Shown: positions 1 through 12,505, counted from the stretch's first letter. The stretch: 64,000 nucleotides of DNA from Eledone cirrhosa (GCA_964016885.1 OZ024740.1:228222001-228286000); one strand, 5' to 3'. Numbers and translations are program-made. Notes: generated by a model not told the origin, from the letters alone.

Positions 1-3000
1 GTGTTGGCGGTGGCGGTATTGGAGGTGGCGGTGTTGGAGGTGGTGGTATTGGAGGTGGTGGTGCTGGAGGTGGTGGTGTTGGAGGTGGTGGTATTGGCGG
101 TGGTGGTGTTGGAGGTGGCGGTATTGGAGGTGGCGGTGTTGGAGGTGGTGGTATTGGAGGTGGTGGTGTTGGAGGTGGTGGTATTGGAGGTGGTGGTGTT
201 GGAGGTGGCGGTATTGGAGGTGACGGTGTTGGAGGTGGTGGTATTGGAGGTGGTGGTGCTGGAGGTGGTGGTGTTGGCGGTGGTGGTGTTGGAGGTGGCG
301 GTGTTGGTGGTGGCGGTGTTGGAGGTGGTGGTGCTGGAGGTGGTGGTGTTGGAGGTGGTGGTGTTGGAGGTGGTGGTGTTGGAGGTGGTGGTGTTGGAGG
401 TGGTGCTGTTGGAGGTGGTGGTGTTGGAGGTGGTGGTGGTGGTGGTGGTGGTGTTGGAGGTGGTGGTGTTGGAGGTGGTGGTATTGGAGGTGGTGGTGGT
501 GGTGGTGGTGGTGGTGTTGGAGGTGGTGGTGTTGGAGGTGGTGGTATTGGAGGTGGTGGTGTTGGTGGTGGCGGTGTTGGAGGTGGTGGTGCTGGAGGTG
601 GTGGTATTGGAGGTGGTGGTGTTGGAGGTGGTGGTGTTGGTGGTGGTGGTATTGGAGGTGGTGGTGGTGGTGGTGGTGGTGTTGGAGGTGGTGGTGTTGG
701 AGGTGGTGGTATTGGAGGTGGTGGTGTTGGCGGTGGTGGTGTTGGCGGTGGTGGTATTGGAGGTGGTGGTGTTGGCGGTGGTGGTGTTGGAGGTGGTGGT
801 TGTGGCGGCGGTGGTGTTGGAGGTGGCGGTGTTGGAGGTGGTGGTATTGGAGGTGGTGGTGGTGGTGGTGTTGGAGGTGGTGGTGTTGGAGGTGGTGGTG
901 GTGGTGGTGGTGGTGGTGTTGGAGGTGGTGGTGTTGGTGGTGGCGGTGTTGGAGGTGGTGGTGCTGGAGGTGGTGGTGTTGGAGGTGGTGGTGTTGGTGG
1001 TGGTGGTGTTGGCGGCGGTGGTGTTGGAGGTGGTGGTGGTGGTGGTGGTGGTGTTGGAGGTGGTGGTGTTGGTGGTGGCGGTGTTGGAGGTGGTGGTGCT
1101 GGAGGTGGTGGTGTTGGAGGTGGTGGTGTTGGAGGTGGTGGTGTTGGCGGCGGTGGTATTGGAGGTGGTGGTGTTGGCGGTGGTGGTGTTGGCGGCGGTG
1201 GTGTTGGAGGTGGCGGTGTTGGAGGTGGTGGTGCTGGAGGTGGTGGTGTTGGTGGTGGTGGTGTTGGCGGCGGTGGTGTTGGAGGTGGTGGTGTTGGAGG
1301 TGGTGGTGTTGGAGGTGGTGGTATTGGAGGTGGTGGTGGTGGTGGTGGTGGTGTTGGAGGTGGTGGTGTTGGTGGTGGCGGTGCTGGAGGTGGTGGTGTT
1401 GGTGGTGGTGGTGTTGGCGGCGGTGGTGTTGGAGGTGGTGGTGTTGGAGGTGGTGGTGTTGGAGGTGGTGGTATTGGAGGTGGTGGTGTTGGTGGTGGCG
1501 GTGTTGGAGGTGGTGGTGCTGGAGGTGGTGGGTGTTGGCGGCGGTGGTGTTGGAGGTGGCGGTGTTGGAGGTGGTGGTGCTGGAGGTGGTGGTGTTGGCG
1601 GCGGTGGTGTTGGAGGTGGTGGTATTGGAGGTGGTGGTGGTGGAGGTGGTGGTATTGGCGGTGGTGGTGTTGGCGGTGGCGGTATTGGAGGTGGCGGTGT
1701 TGGAGGTGGTGGTATTGGAGGTGGTGGTGCTGGAGGTGGTGGTGTTGGAGGTGGTGGTATTGGCGGTGGTGGTGTTGGAGGTGGCGGTATTGGAGGTGGC
1801 GGTGTTGGAGGTGGTGGTATTGGAGGTGGTGGTGTTGGAGGTGGTGGTATTGGAGGTGGTGGTGTTGGAGGTGGCGGTATTGGAGGTGACGGTGTTGGAG
1901 GTGGTGGTATTGGAGGTGGTGGTGCTGGAGGTGGTGGTGTTGGCGGTGGTGGTGTTGGAGGTGGCGGTGTTGGTGGTGGCGGTGTTGGAGGTGGTGGTGC
2001 TGGAGGTGGTGGTGTTGGAGGTGGTGGTGTTGGAGGTGGTGGTGTTGGAGGTGGTGGTGTTGGAGGTGGTGCTGTTGGAGGTGGTGGTGTTGGAGGTGGT
2101 GGTGGTGGTGGTGGTGGTGTTGGAGGTGGTGGTGTTGGAGGTGGTGGTATTGGAGGTGGTGGTGGTGGTGGTGGTGGTGGTGTTGGAGGTGGTGGTGTTG
2201 GAGGTGGTGGTATTGGAGGTGGTGGTGTTGGTGGTGGCGGTGTTGGAGGTGGTGGTGCTGGAGGTGGTGGTATTGGAGGTGGTGGTGTTGGAGGTGGTGG
2301 TGTTGGTGGTGGTGGTATTGGAGGTGGTGGTGGTGGTGGTGGTGGTGTTGGAGGTGGTGGTGTTGGAGGTGGTGGTATTGGAGGTGGTGGTGTTGGCGGT
2401 GGTGGTGTTGGCGGTGGTGGTATTGGAGGTGGTGGTGTTGGCGGTGGTGGTGTTGGAGGTGGTGGTGTTGGCGGCGGTGGTGTTGGAGGTGGCGGTGTTG
2501 GAGGTGGTGGTATTGGAGGTGGTGGTGGTGGTGGTGTTGGAGGTGGTGGTGTTGGAGGTGGTGGTGGTGGTGGTGGTGGTGGTGTTGGAGGTGGTGGTGT
2601 TGGTGGTGGCGGTGTTGGAGGTGGTGGTGCTGGAGGTGGTGGTGTTGGAGGTGGTGGTGGTGGTGGTGGTGGTGGTGTTGGAGGTGGTGGTGTTGGTGGT
2701 GGCGGTGTTGGAGGTGGTGGTGCTGGAGGTGGTGGTGTTGGAGGTGGTGGTGTTGGTGGTGGTGGTGTTGGCGGCGGTGGTGTTGGAGGTGGTGGTGGTG
2801 GTGGTGGTGGTGTTGGAGGTGGTGGTGTTGGTGGTGGCGGTGTTGGAGGTGGTGGTGCTGGAGGTGGTGGTGTTGGAGGTGGTGGTGTTGGAGGTGGTGG
2901 TGTTGGCGGCGGTGGTATTGGAGGTGGTGGTGTTGGCGGTGGTGGTGTTGGCGGCGGTGGTGTTGGAGGTGGCGGTGTTGGAGGTGGTGGTGCTGGAGGT

Positions 3001-5728
3001 GGTGGTGTTGGTGGTGGTGGTGTTGGCGGCGGTGGTGTTGGAGGTGGTGGTGTTGGAGGTGGTGGTGTTGGAGGTGGTGGTATTGGAGGTGGTGGTGGTG
3101 GTGGTGGTGGTGTTGGAGGTGGTGGTGTTGGTGGTGGCGGTGCTGGAGGTGGTGGTGTTGGTGGTGGTGGTGTTGGCGGCGGTGGTGTTGGAGGTGGTGG
3201 TGTTGGAGGTGGTGGTGTTGGAGGTGGTGGTATTGGAGGTGGTGGTGTTGGTGGTGGCGGTGTTGGAGGTGGTGGTGCTGGAGGTGGTGGGTGTTGGCGG
3301 CGGTGGTGTTGGAGGTGGCGGTGTTGGAGGTGGTGGTGCTGGAGGTGGTGGTGTTGGCGGCGGTGGTGTTGGAGGTGGTGGTATTGGAGGTGGTGGTGGT
3401 GGAGGTGGTGGTATTGGCGGTGGTGGTGTTGGCGGTGGCGGTATTGGAGGTGGCGGTGTTGGAGGTGGTGGTATTGGAGGTGGTGGTGCTGGAGGTGGTG
3501 GTGTTGGAGGTGGTGGTATTGGCGGTGGTGGTGTTGGAGGTGGCGGTATTGGAGGTGGCGGTGTTGGAGGTGGTGGTATTGGAGGTGGTGGTGTTGGAGG
3601 TGGTGGTATTGGAGGTGGTGGTGTTGGAGGTGGCGGTATTGGAGGTGACGGTGTTGGAGGTGGTGGTATTGGAGGTGGTGGTGCTGGAGGTGGTGGTTTT
3701 GGCGGTGGTGGTGTTGGAGGTGGCGGTGTTGGTGGTGGCGGTGTTGGAGGTGGTGGTGCTGGAGGTGGTGGTGTTGGAGGTGGTGGTGTTGGAGGTGGTG
3801 GTGTTGGAGGTGGTGGTGTTGGAGGTGGTGCTGTTGGAGGTGGTGGTGTTGGAGGTGGTGGTGGTGGTGGTGGTGGTGTTGGAGGTGGTGGTGTTGGAGG
3901 TGGTGGTATTGGAGGTGGTGGTGGTGGTGGTGGTGGTGGTGTTGGAGGTGGTGGTGTTGGAGGTGGTGGTATTGGAGGTGGTGGTGTTGGTGGTGGCGGT
4001 GTTGGAGGTGGTGGTGCTGGAGGTGGTGGTATTGGAGGTGGTGGTGTTGGAGGTGGTGGTGTTGGTGGTGGTGGTATTGGAGGTGGTGGTGGTGGTGGTG
4101 GTGGTGTTGGAGGTGGTGGTGTTGGAGGTGGTGGTATTGGAGGTGGTGGTGTTGGCGGTGGTGGTGTTGGCGGTGGTGGTATTGGAGGTGGTGGTGTTGG
4201 CGGTGGTGGTGTTGGAGGTGGTGGTGTTGGCGGCGGTGGTGTTGGAGGTGGCGGTGTTGGAGGTGGTGGTATTGGAGGTGGTGGTGGTGGTGGTGTTGGA
4301 GGTGGTGGTGTTGGAGGTGGTGGTGGTGGTGGTGGTGGTGGTGTTGGAGGTGGTGGTGTTGGTGGTGGCGGTGTTGGAGGTGGTGGTGCTGGAGGTGGTG
4401 GTGTTGGAGGTGGTGGTGTTGGTGGTGGTGGTGTTGGCGGCGGTGGTGTTGGAGGTGGTGGTGGTGGTGGTGGTGGTGTTGGAGGTGGTGGTGTTGGTGG
4501 TGGCGGTGTTGGAGGTGGTGGTGCTGGAGGTGGTGGTGTTGGAGGTGGTGGTGTTGGAGGTGGTGGTGTTGGCGGCGGTGGTATTGGAGGTGGTGGTGTT
4601 GGCGGTGGTGGTGTTGGCGGCGGTGGTGTTGGAGGTGGCGGTGTTGGAGGTGGTGGTGCTGGAGGTGGTGGTGTTGGTGGTGGTGGTGTTGGCGGCGGTG
4701 GTGTTGGAGGTGGTGGTGTTGGAGGTGGTGGTGTTGGAGGTGGTGGTATTGGAGGTGGTGGTGGTGGTGGTGGTGGTGTTGGAGGTGGTGGTATTGGAGG
4801 TGGTGGTGTTGGTGGTGGCGGTGTTGGAGGTGGTGGTGCTGGAGGTGGTGGTGTTGGCGGCGGTGGTGTTGGAGGTGGCGGTGTTGGAGGTGGTGGTGCT
4901 GGAGGTGGTGGTGTTGGCGGCGGTGGTGTTGGAGGTGGTGGTATTGGAGGTGGTGGTGGTGGAGGTGGTGGTATTGGAGGTGGCGGTGTTGGAGGTGGTG
5001 GTATTGGAGGTGGCGGTGTTGGAGGTGGTGGTGTTGGCGGTGGTGGTGTTGGCGGTGGTGGTGTTGGCGGCGGTGGTGTTGGAGTTGGCGGTGTTGGCGG
5101 TGGTGGTGTTGGCGGCGGTGGTTTTGGAGGTGGCGGTGTTGGAGGTGGTGGTGCTGGAGGTGGTGGTGTTGGGGGCGGTGGTGTTGGAGGTGGTGGTGTT
5201 GGCGGTGGTGGTATTGGCGGCGGTGGTGTTGGAGGTGGCGGTGTTGGAGGTGGTGGTGTTGGCGGTGGTGGTGTTGGAGTTGGCGGTGTTGGCGGTGGTG
5301 GTGTTGGCGGCGGTGGTTTTGGAGGTGGCGGTGTTGGAGGTGGTGGTGCTGGTGGTGGTGGTGTTGGGGGCGGTGGTGTTGGAGGTGGTGGTGTTGGCGG
5401 TGGTGGTATTGGCGGCGGTGGTGTTGGAGGTGGCGGTGTTGGAGGTGGTGGTGTTGGCGGTGGTGGTGTTGGCGGCGGTGGTGTTGGAGGTGGTGGTGTT
5501 GGCGGTGGTGGTGTTGGCGGCGGTGGTGTTGGAGGTGGCGGTGTTGGAGGTGGTGGTGCTGGAGGTGGTGGTGTTGGAGGTGGTGGTGTTGGCGGCGGTG
5601 GTGTTGGCGGTGGTGGTGTTGGCGGTGGTGGTGTTGGAGGTGGTGGTGCTGGAGGTGGTGGTGTTGGAGGTGGTGGTGTTGGCGGCGGTGGTGTTGGAGG
5701 TGGTGGTGTTGGCGGTGGTGGTGTTGGC
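1..5728. repeat. GGT-derived 15-bp minisatellite (GGAGGTGGTGGTGTT) with ~1.67-1.76 kb higher-order repeat; runs off window start
   Basis: Direct reading. Rare variants recur at 1666 and 1759 bp spacing (TGAC at 221/1887/3646; GCTGTT at 405/2071/3830). ORFs 1..3648, 800..5779 and 3291..5750 are read-throughs of this repeat. Confidence 0.95.
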
Positions 5729-5811
5729 AGAGAAATTGTTAAAACATTAGTTAATGAAATGAAATTATATCAATATTAGAAGAACACAAGAATACACACT
5801 TCTATATTCTT

Positions 5812-5878
<67 letters not shown>

Positions 5879-5949
5879 AACACACACACGAGACATGTAT
5901 ATGTATAAGTGCAAGAGTAAATGATTCATGACCTCTTATATATATATAT

Positions 5950-6383
5950 GACTACGTCACGATTTTTAGCCATTTTGAAATGAATTCTTGGCGCGATCGC
6001 TTTGGAAAATTTAATGTCTAGATATGAGCGAGCTTCCTGAAGAATCCGGCGCTCGAGTTTATATAATTATTACATAATTATTGGAAAACTCAAAACACGG
6101 ACGAAACCATGGTAGAGGTATTTAAATGTATTCTATTTTCTCCTAGTTTATTTTAAACCTAATTCTGTTTAGTTGACTATATCTAGGCGATTACGCTGTC
6201 GAAATATTCGATAAATATACCGCTACGGCCGACGCGAAGCGCTAGTTTTGGTTATTTGTCGGAGATTCCTTCATAGAAGCCTCATTGTATAGCCTGGTCT
6301 ATTCGATTTTTTATATAGTTAATTATGCTAATTGGGAGAGGAAATAGTATATATTTTATCTTGTGATTCTATAGACATGTTTT

Positions 6384-6386
<3 letters not shown>
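5950..6386 (+). mobile_element. Short non-coding element between (TA)n tracts carrying a hammerhead motif (Penelope pLTR-like remnant)
   Basis: Unique sequence bounded by TA runs and containing the hammerhead at 6032-6119. Confidence 0.55.
6032..6119 (+). ncRNA. Type I hammerhead ribozyme motif
   Basis: GCTTC-CTGAAGA(6037-6043)-aTCCG..long loop..CGGAc-GAAA(6103-6106)-C CATG G-TA-GAGGT. Stem I includes G-U pairs; stem III is minimal and palindromic. Confidence 0.7.
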
Positions 6387-6445
<59 letters not shown>

Positions 6446-6449
<4 letters not shown>

Positions 6450-7046
6450 GAATAAACAAGAGAGATGAACACTAATATAAACATATATGTGTCCGAATCG
6501 TAAGGACTAGGTTTGCTAGGGTGAAAAAATACTAACTACAGCAATATGGTTTGTCGGCTCCATCATGTAGAGCTAATTTTAATGTCATGTTAACCAGGCT
6601 GCTATTTTTAGCGGCATAGGTTTTCGAGACAAGCTAAGCTCCGAAGACACGTGCGTTATTTCATATCGCACGCAATTCAGTCTCCTAATATTTTTAGAAG
6701 TGGAAGGATCGCTAATTTCTCAACACCTACTGTTGAGCAAAGAAATGGTGATGACTTCGCTTAATATGATTTTGCGAAACAGTTTCCATAACTGTCTAGG
6801 TGATTTCAGGCAGTTGTCCAATATAGGTTTGTTATTATTTTTCTTAATTTACTACTTTAAATTAAGTCTGGCAAACCATATTGCTGTAGTTAGTATTTTT
6901 TCACCCCTAGTCCTTACGATTCGGACACATGTATGTTTATATTAGTGTTCATCTCTCTTTTTTATTCAATTATATTACACGGCTCGGAAAAGTTTTTTTT
7001 CTTAGATTTATTTAATTGTAAGCGACTACTTTGAGTTTCTAACTCA

Positions 7047-7047
<1 letters not shown>
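6446..7047 (+). mobile_element. Fold-back element in (TA)n: inverted arms ~6446-6553 and ~6872-6972 plus unique 3' tail
   Basis: TAATTGAATAAACAAGAGAGATGAACACTAATATAAACAT...CAGCAATATGGTTTG is the reverse complement of 6872-6972 apart from a short indel. Flanked by long TA runs. Confidence 0.8.
6724..6802 (+). ncRNA. Type I hammerhead motif with core variant CTGTTGA (probably inactivated)
   Basis: CACCTA-CTGTTGA-GCAAA...TTTGC-GAAA-CAGTT tccat AACTG-TC-TAGGTG. All three stems pair, but A6 of the core is changed to T. Confidence 0.65.
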
Positions 7048-7109
<62 letters not shown>

Positions 7110-7112
<3 letters not shown>

Positions 7113-8118
7113 TAATAAAAACAAAGAACAAGTTCCTTATATTAAAAAATTCATCATTTTACGATCGTTTCTAGGATGTATATGTGTGTTGGTATGTATA
7201 TCATATAGATCTATGTAAAAATATTACAAATTATCAGAGGAAATATACATACCATCAAATATACATGCTGTCATATAGATTCCTTGTAGTTTATATAAGA
7301 TTGGTATTTCTCACTACTACCCTTATCCCAAAATTTTACTTTCCTTCGTTTTTAACAACACTCTTTAATAACATCTAATTCTTATTTATCACATTCATAT
7401 GAATTAATATAAATTTATCCCTATAAGGACACCTATCAATTAATTTAATTTCTTGTTATAAATCTAGATTCCTTATGGTTTAAATAAGATTGGTATTTCT
7501 TACCCTAAAATTTTATTTTCCTTCGTTTTTAACAATATTCTTTAATAACATCAACTTTTCGTGTACCCTTCACTGGCTTGACCTCTTTTCACCCCCAAAG
7601 TATTCTTTTCATTCAAAGTATTCTTTTCATTCAAAACATAAGTCTGCATTCCTCTACCCCTAAATTAAATTTCTACTACCACTATTCTATCAACTTGACC
7701 TCTAACTACTTTTCTATTGGTCAATTCAAAACCTGTTCCCAAACAGACCTTTTATATTAAATCTTTGTTGTTTTTTTTTTCAATAAACAAATCTCATCAT
7801 TTCTGAAGACAGCATGTATAGGTGAAGGTATGTATATTTCCTCTGATAATTTGTAATATTTTTACATAGATCTATATGATATACATACCAACACACATAT
7901 ACATCCTAGAAACGATCGTAAAATGGTGAATTTTTTAATATAAGGAACTTGTTCTTTGTTTTTATTTCATTGTTTTTATTAATTTATCTTGACTCTGTTT
8001 TCCTATGATTTTCATCGAAAATTTTTGAATGCATCTTCTCTTTTCATGATATTTGGATTACATTGAGTTCTTCATACGGATTGGACACTACCGTATATTT
8101 TGGTAGATTTATCTACAT
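7110..8118 (+). mobile_element. Fold-back element in (TA)n: inverted arms 7114-7272 and 7808-7966 plus 3' tail
   Basis: Near-perfect ~160-bp inverted repeat, with TA runs on both sides. Confidence 0.8.
7794..7929 (+). ncRNA. Type I hammerhead motif with long stem II insertion
   Basis: TCATCATTT-CTGAAGA(7803-7809)-cAGcATGTATA..~80 nt..TATACATcCTa-GAAA(7909-7912)-C GATC G-TA-AAATGGTGA. Stem I is 9 bp; stem III is palindromic. Confidence 0.7.
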
Positions 8119-8132
8119 ATATATATATATAT

Positions 8133-8400
8133 AGGAAAAGGTTCAAGACTGGACTGAAATAGCCGTCGAAACGGCTTGAGTTCTGCCGTCGGGGTCTTGA
8201 ACTCTTTCCTATTACCCACTCTGCTACCTTAAGTATTGAGTACTATGGTGCATTATGGTACACCTGGTTCCTTACCACACTTCCTTCGTTATATATAGTT
8301 CCAGTCAAGGAACTAGCTGTTGAAACGGCAAGAGCTCAGTCATCGGACCCTGACACTTTCTATCCCAAGTATCGAGTACTCTGTTGAATAAGGGTCTATC
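8133..8400 (+). repeat. Dispersed TA-associated family (core GTGGTAAGGAACCAGG..AGTACTC.ATACTTAGGG..GACCCCGACGG). Other copies at 31235-31325, 37805-37950, 50035-50212, 54133-54266 and 54439-54616
   Basis: At least six related copies in the window, all abutting (TA)n, several as small palindromes. Contains the 3' half of a hammerhead (GAAA-CGGC..GCCG-TC-GGGGTC). Confidence 0.75.
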
Positions 8401-9042
8401 TAAGAGTTGAATATATTGGGCGTGAGATCACTTCAATTTCTTAACCTTATTGACTATGGTTGCTCGTATTTTGTGGGGACTTGTATCATCCAAAGTGCTG
8501 CCGAAGCTTTATTTGATCAGCTCAAGGTTCGATCTGTATCGATCTGGTCCGACTCTCGAATCAAAAGCTCGTCGGACCTCTGCTGTTGTAATATATATGT
8601 GTGTGTGTATGTTATTTAAGTGTGTAACTACAGATACAGTTACAGGCGGTGCGCCGTTCGAAGCACTCGATGTTGTTACGAGGTCCATCTCGTGTTGGGT
8701 TGTATTCCAGAGTTATGGCGGTTGTAGTGTGCAGTTTGTAAATAAAAGTAAGTAGGATAGAAGTCACTGTTGCAGCATATATATAAACTTTACTGGAATA
8801 TTACAATCGCTTCAATATCAACCAGCTCAAGGTACAATCATCATAACCAGGGCCCAACACTTCCTCTACATCTCCTCGGATATGCAAGTTTATATGTACA
8901 AAAACACAACAGGCTATCTACGTACTTGTACTCTCTTCTAGCTCTGTTTAATTTTAAGCTCATCTTCTGTCATCAGCCACTATGACAATGACGATCCTAA
9001 TAAATTCCACCAACAGACATCTTGCTACCATCCTTTCTTTAA

Positions 9043-9263
9043 CCCTTTAGCATTTACATTACTCAATATAAACTACTATATTTTCACGGTAAAGGCTTTA
9101 CTTCACATAATTATCTCACTTAATAGCAAATCTATGAGATTTTGATATTATTTATTTTGAGAACAATATCTTAACATAAGTATGAGCAGCCAGTTACAGT
9201 CGGTTTGAATAGAAAGGGGTGAGAGAATTCTGACCGGATATGGCCGGTTTAAATACTAAAGGG
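9043..9263. mobile_element. piggyBac-type MITE
   Basis: TTAA|CCCTTTAGCATTTA ... TAAATACTAAAGGG|TTAA: 14-bp TIR with 1 mismatch and a TTAA TSD. Confidence 0.8.
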
Positions 9264-9504
9264 TTAAAGCATAGGGCTGGAACCTATTCAATCTGAAGAG
9301 CTATTTTTAACTAAATAAAAAAATATAAATTCAGACCACCGGAGTCCTATAATTTATTTACAGAAAAAAAGAAAGCAATAAAGAAAAACAAAAAGAGACC
9401 TTGAATTTAGTTACCTTGCTCAATGCGATATTTTGTCTTTGAATTATTTCTGAAATTAATTCAATATTAAAATAAAAGCAGTGACTTTTATTTTAATATT
9501 AATT

Positions 9505-9685
9505 TCAAATTTAGGCACTAAGCCAGCACATTTTTAGCGGGCTAGAGCAAAATTAATGAAATCAATCCCAGTGGTACTTTATTTCATCGACCTCGGAAGG
9601 ATGAAAGGCAAAGTTGACCTCTGCAATATTTGAACTCGGAATAAATATTACAATGGCATTTTATCGGATGCTCTACCAATTCTAC
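9505..9685 (-). mobile_element. tRNA-derived SINE family A (degenerate)
   Basis: Reverse complement of the box B GAGTTCAAAT and core GCCTTTCATCCT..GGTCGAT.AAATAAAGTACC. Confidence 0.75.
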
Positions 9686-9717
9686 TCTAACTTTTATTTT
9701 AATATTAAAATAACATA

Positions 9718-9915
9718 CGAGGTTCGGCTGAAAAGTTCATAGGCTGACTATGAAGGATTGATGCTAGCGTAGTGAAATCGTCAATGCATTAATTTCAACT
9801 CTTTTTATTAATAACTGCTTTGTTTCTTTCCAGAGACTATGTTGAAAAATAAACTTCGTTTTGTCATTCCATGAGAGTATCTTGGTCAACCTGTGAACCT
9901 TTCGGTCGATCTTCG
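9718..9915. mobile_element. mariner-type MITE (second copy at 43520-43691)
   Basis: TA|CGAGGTTCGGCTGAAAAGTTCATAGGCTGAC ... GTCAACCTGTGAACCTTTCGGTCGATCTTCG|TA: imperfect TIR with TA TSD. Confidence 0.7.
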
Positions 9916-10767
9916 TAAAATATAAATTTCAAAGTGCTTATTATTTACTTGACGTGAACGATATAGCCACTTGCAGCTCTGGGTAGGTATATTCCGATAC
10001 CCGATTTAGACTCTGCCCTAACACTTTCGATAACAAATCGCCCGTAACTGCACTTAGTTCTACGATACAAAACTCTTTGTTTTAAAGTGTGTATATTTAT
10101 CTACAAATTTCCCATTAGAATTTTATGTAAGAAACTTTGTTACGTTATGTTCTATACATCAATTAAATTATGAGGCGGTTACTTGTTTTACTAAATCCCA
10201 TCAAATTCTTGATTATTTTCAAAATTTTTAAAAAATCATTAGCAGTGTCTCCCATTAGAAATATGGCAACAAATCGGCTGTACCATTTGTTTTCAGCGGG
10301 AAAGGAAAGGAACCCATCGTCAGATTAGGCCAAGAAAACAAGGATTCCTTTGAATTTTCCTTTGCTAAGATTTTCGACCGGTTGCAACTCCTGGTAGAAA
10401 GAAGTGGTATTTGAACTCAGAAGGCGCAGGGCCGGATTAGAAACAACAAGCATCCCACCCGAAACTCCAAAATGTCCACCAATCCACCGACTCAGAACTA
10501 GTTATTGATTTATCGACCCTGAAAGCGTGAAAGGGAAAGTTGACCTTGGCGGGATTTCAACTCAGAAGACTCAGTGAGCCGGAACAAATGCGTGGGCGTT
10601 TAATCCGACGCTCTAACGAGTTTACTCTCGCTTTTCACACACATATACTGCCCATCTCTCTCTTCACACACACATTTTCTCCCTATCTTACACGCTCTCT
10701 CTTTCCTTCACTATCACTCTCTGTTTATCTCCCCCCCCTCTCTCTCTCTCATTATTTCTCCCACCCA

Positions 10768-10948
10768 GGTGGATTGGCAGTATCGGTAGAGGGTCGGACA
10801 CCATGCTTTCCAGCATAGTTACGTCCCTTTACGATCTGAGTTCAAATCCCGCCGAGGTTCACTTTGCCTTTCATCCTTACGGGGTCGATAAAATAAAGTA
10901 CCAGTAATGCACTGGGTATTTGCTGGCCTTGTGCCTAAAGTAGAAACA
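10768..10948 (+). mobile_element. tRNA-derived SINE family A, full length
   Basis: Box A TGGCAGTATCGG, box B GAGTTCAAATCC and conserved core. 17-bp TSD ATTATTTCTCCCACCCA at 10751-10767 and 10949-10965. Confidence 0.9.
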
Positions 10949-11388
10949 ATTATTTCTCCCACCCATCCTCTCTCTCTCACTGCATCTTGTTCGGGATTGC
11001 ACCTTCAGACATTTTCATGGCGGCCTGGAGGCAATCCATAACACTAGAAATAACAGCTTAGTCTGGCTCACCAATCTCGATCTCCCTCTCTAACCATTGT
11101 ATATATGTCAAACGACAAGAAAAATGCCTGTTCATTTCCAGCAACATCAGTTTAAAAACATTCTACGCCCTAGCTAATTATTGTAATCCTACCTAACTAG
11201 CGTAGCAATCATTTCTACGTCCATCCCTTCTTTTCCTCTACATTCCTCCCACATTTGTATATAACTCAAGAGAATATCAGTTCTTCATTAACGGCATCTG
11301 AAATCTTTGATCTTTTACACATAAAAAATATATATCTTTATTATTAACAAGATTTCAGAACTCGGCAGTTATTCCTTATTTTGTTTAG

Positions 11389-11450
11389 ATATGTATGTGT
11401 GTATGTATGTATGTATGTATGTATGTATGTATGTATGTATGTATGTATGT

Positions 11451-11490
<40 letters not shown>

Positions 11491-11677
11491 ATGTATGTAT
11501 GTATGTATGTATGTATGTTTGTATGTTTGTATGTATGTATGTATGTTTGTATGTATGTATGTGTGTGTGTGTATGTATGTATGGATGTATGTATGCATGT
11601 ATGTATGTATGTATGTATGTATGTATGTTTGTATGTATGTATATATGTTTGTATGTATGTTTGTATGTATGTATGTA

Positions 11678-11708
<31 letters not shown>

Positions 11709-11729
11709 ATGCATGTATGTATGTATGTA

Positions 11730-11762
<33 letters not shown>

Positions 11763-11908
11763 ATGTATGTATGTATGTATGTATACTTGCATGCATTATG
11801 CATGTATGCATTTATGTATGTATTTAAATATGTATGTTTGTGTATATATGAACACACACGTATATATACACGTGAAATATATATGTATATATATGTATAT
11901 ATATATTA

Positions 11909-11977
<69 letters not shown>

Positions 11978-12141
11978 GCAAACGCACTGTTATATATGCA
12001 TAAATATATGTTCATACCTATATTTTATTGTTTTTAAATATGTATTAATGAATGCGTGTACGTACATACATACATGCAAAGATACATACATACATACATA
12101 CATACATTACATGCATACATACATACATACATACATACATG
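11389..12141. repeat. (TATG)n/(TG)n/(TA)n/(CATA)n compound microsatellite
   Basis: Direct reading; overlapping ORFs are spurious. Confidence 0.95.
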
Positions 12142-12474
12142 GTGGCTGCCAACTCGTTTTCGAGTACGGCCACTACTTTATATCAATTATTGACACAGAG
12201 CTGGGGCCATGGTACCATGTGACGACAAGTGCAGAGAGATCTCCAGATATAAAGCAATGCCTGTGCCGTGAAGCTTTTATAGTGAGCAAAGGCACTGCAC
12301 AAAGCCAGTCCCACTCTTTTAACCAAGATGATATTTACCAAAAAGAAGAACAAGTCAACATCATTGGATACCATCAGGGTTGCAGGTGTTATATCAGAGT
12401 TTTCCTTCTCCTAGAATTCTGCCTAGAATTCATACATACATACATACATTCTCCTAGAATACATACATACATCC

Positions 12475-12505
<31 letters not shown>

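Noticed and set aside
1-5779. Three very long ORFs (1215, 1659 and 819 aa)
   Set aside because: Stop-free read-through of a GGT repeat in multiple frames, with no unique domain, ATG context or splice evidence. Not called as CDS.
8587-8805. Possible solo LTR (TGTAATAT...ATATTACA ends, internal AATAAA)
   Set aside because: No matching TSD, PBS or PPT, and only a single copy in the window.
10768-10860. tRNA genes at box A/box B motifs
   Set aside because: These are SINE heads: no cloverleaf, and they are followed by the SINE core, tail and TSDs.
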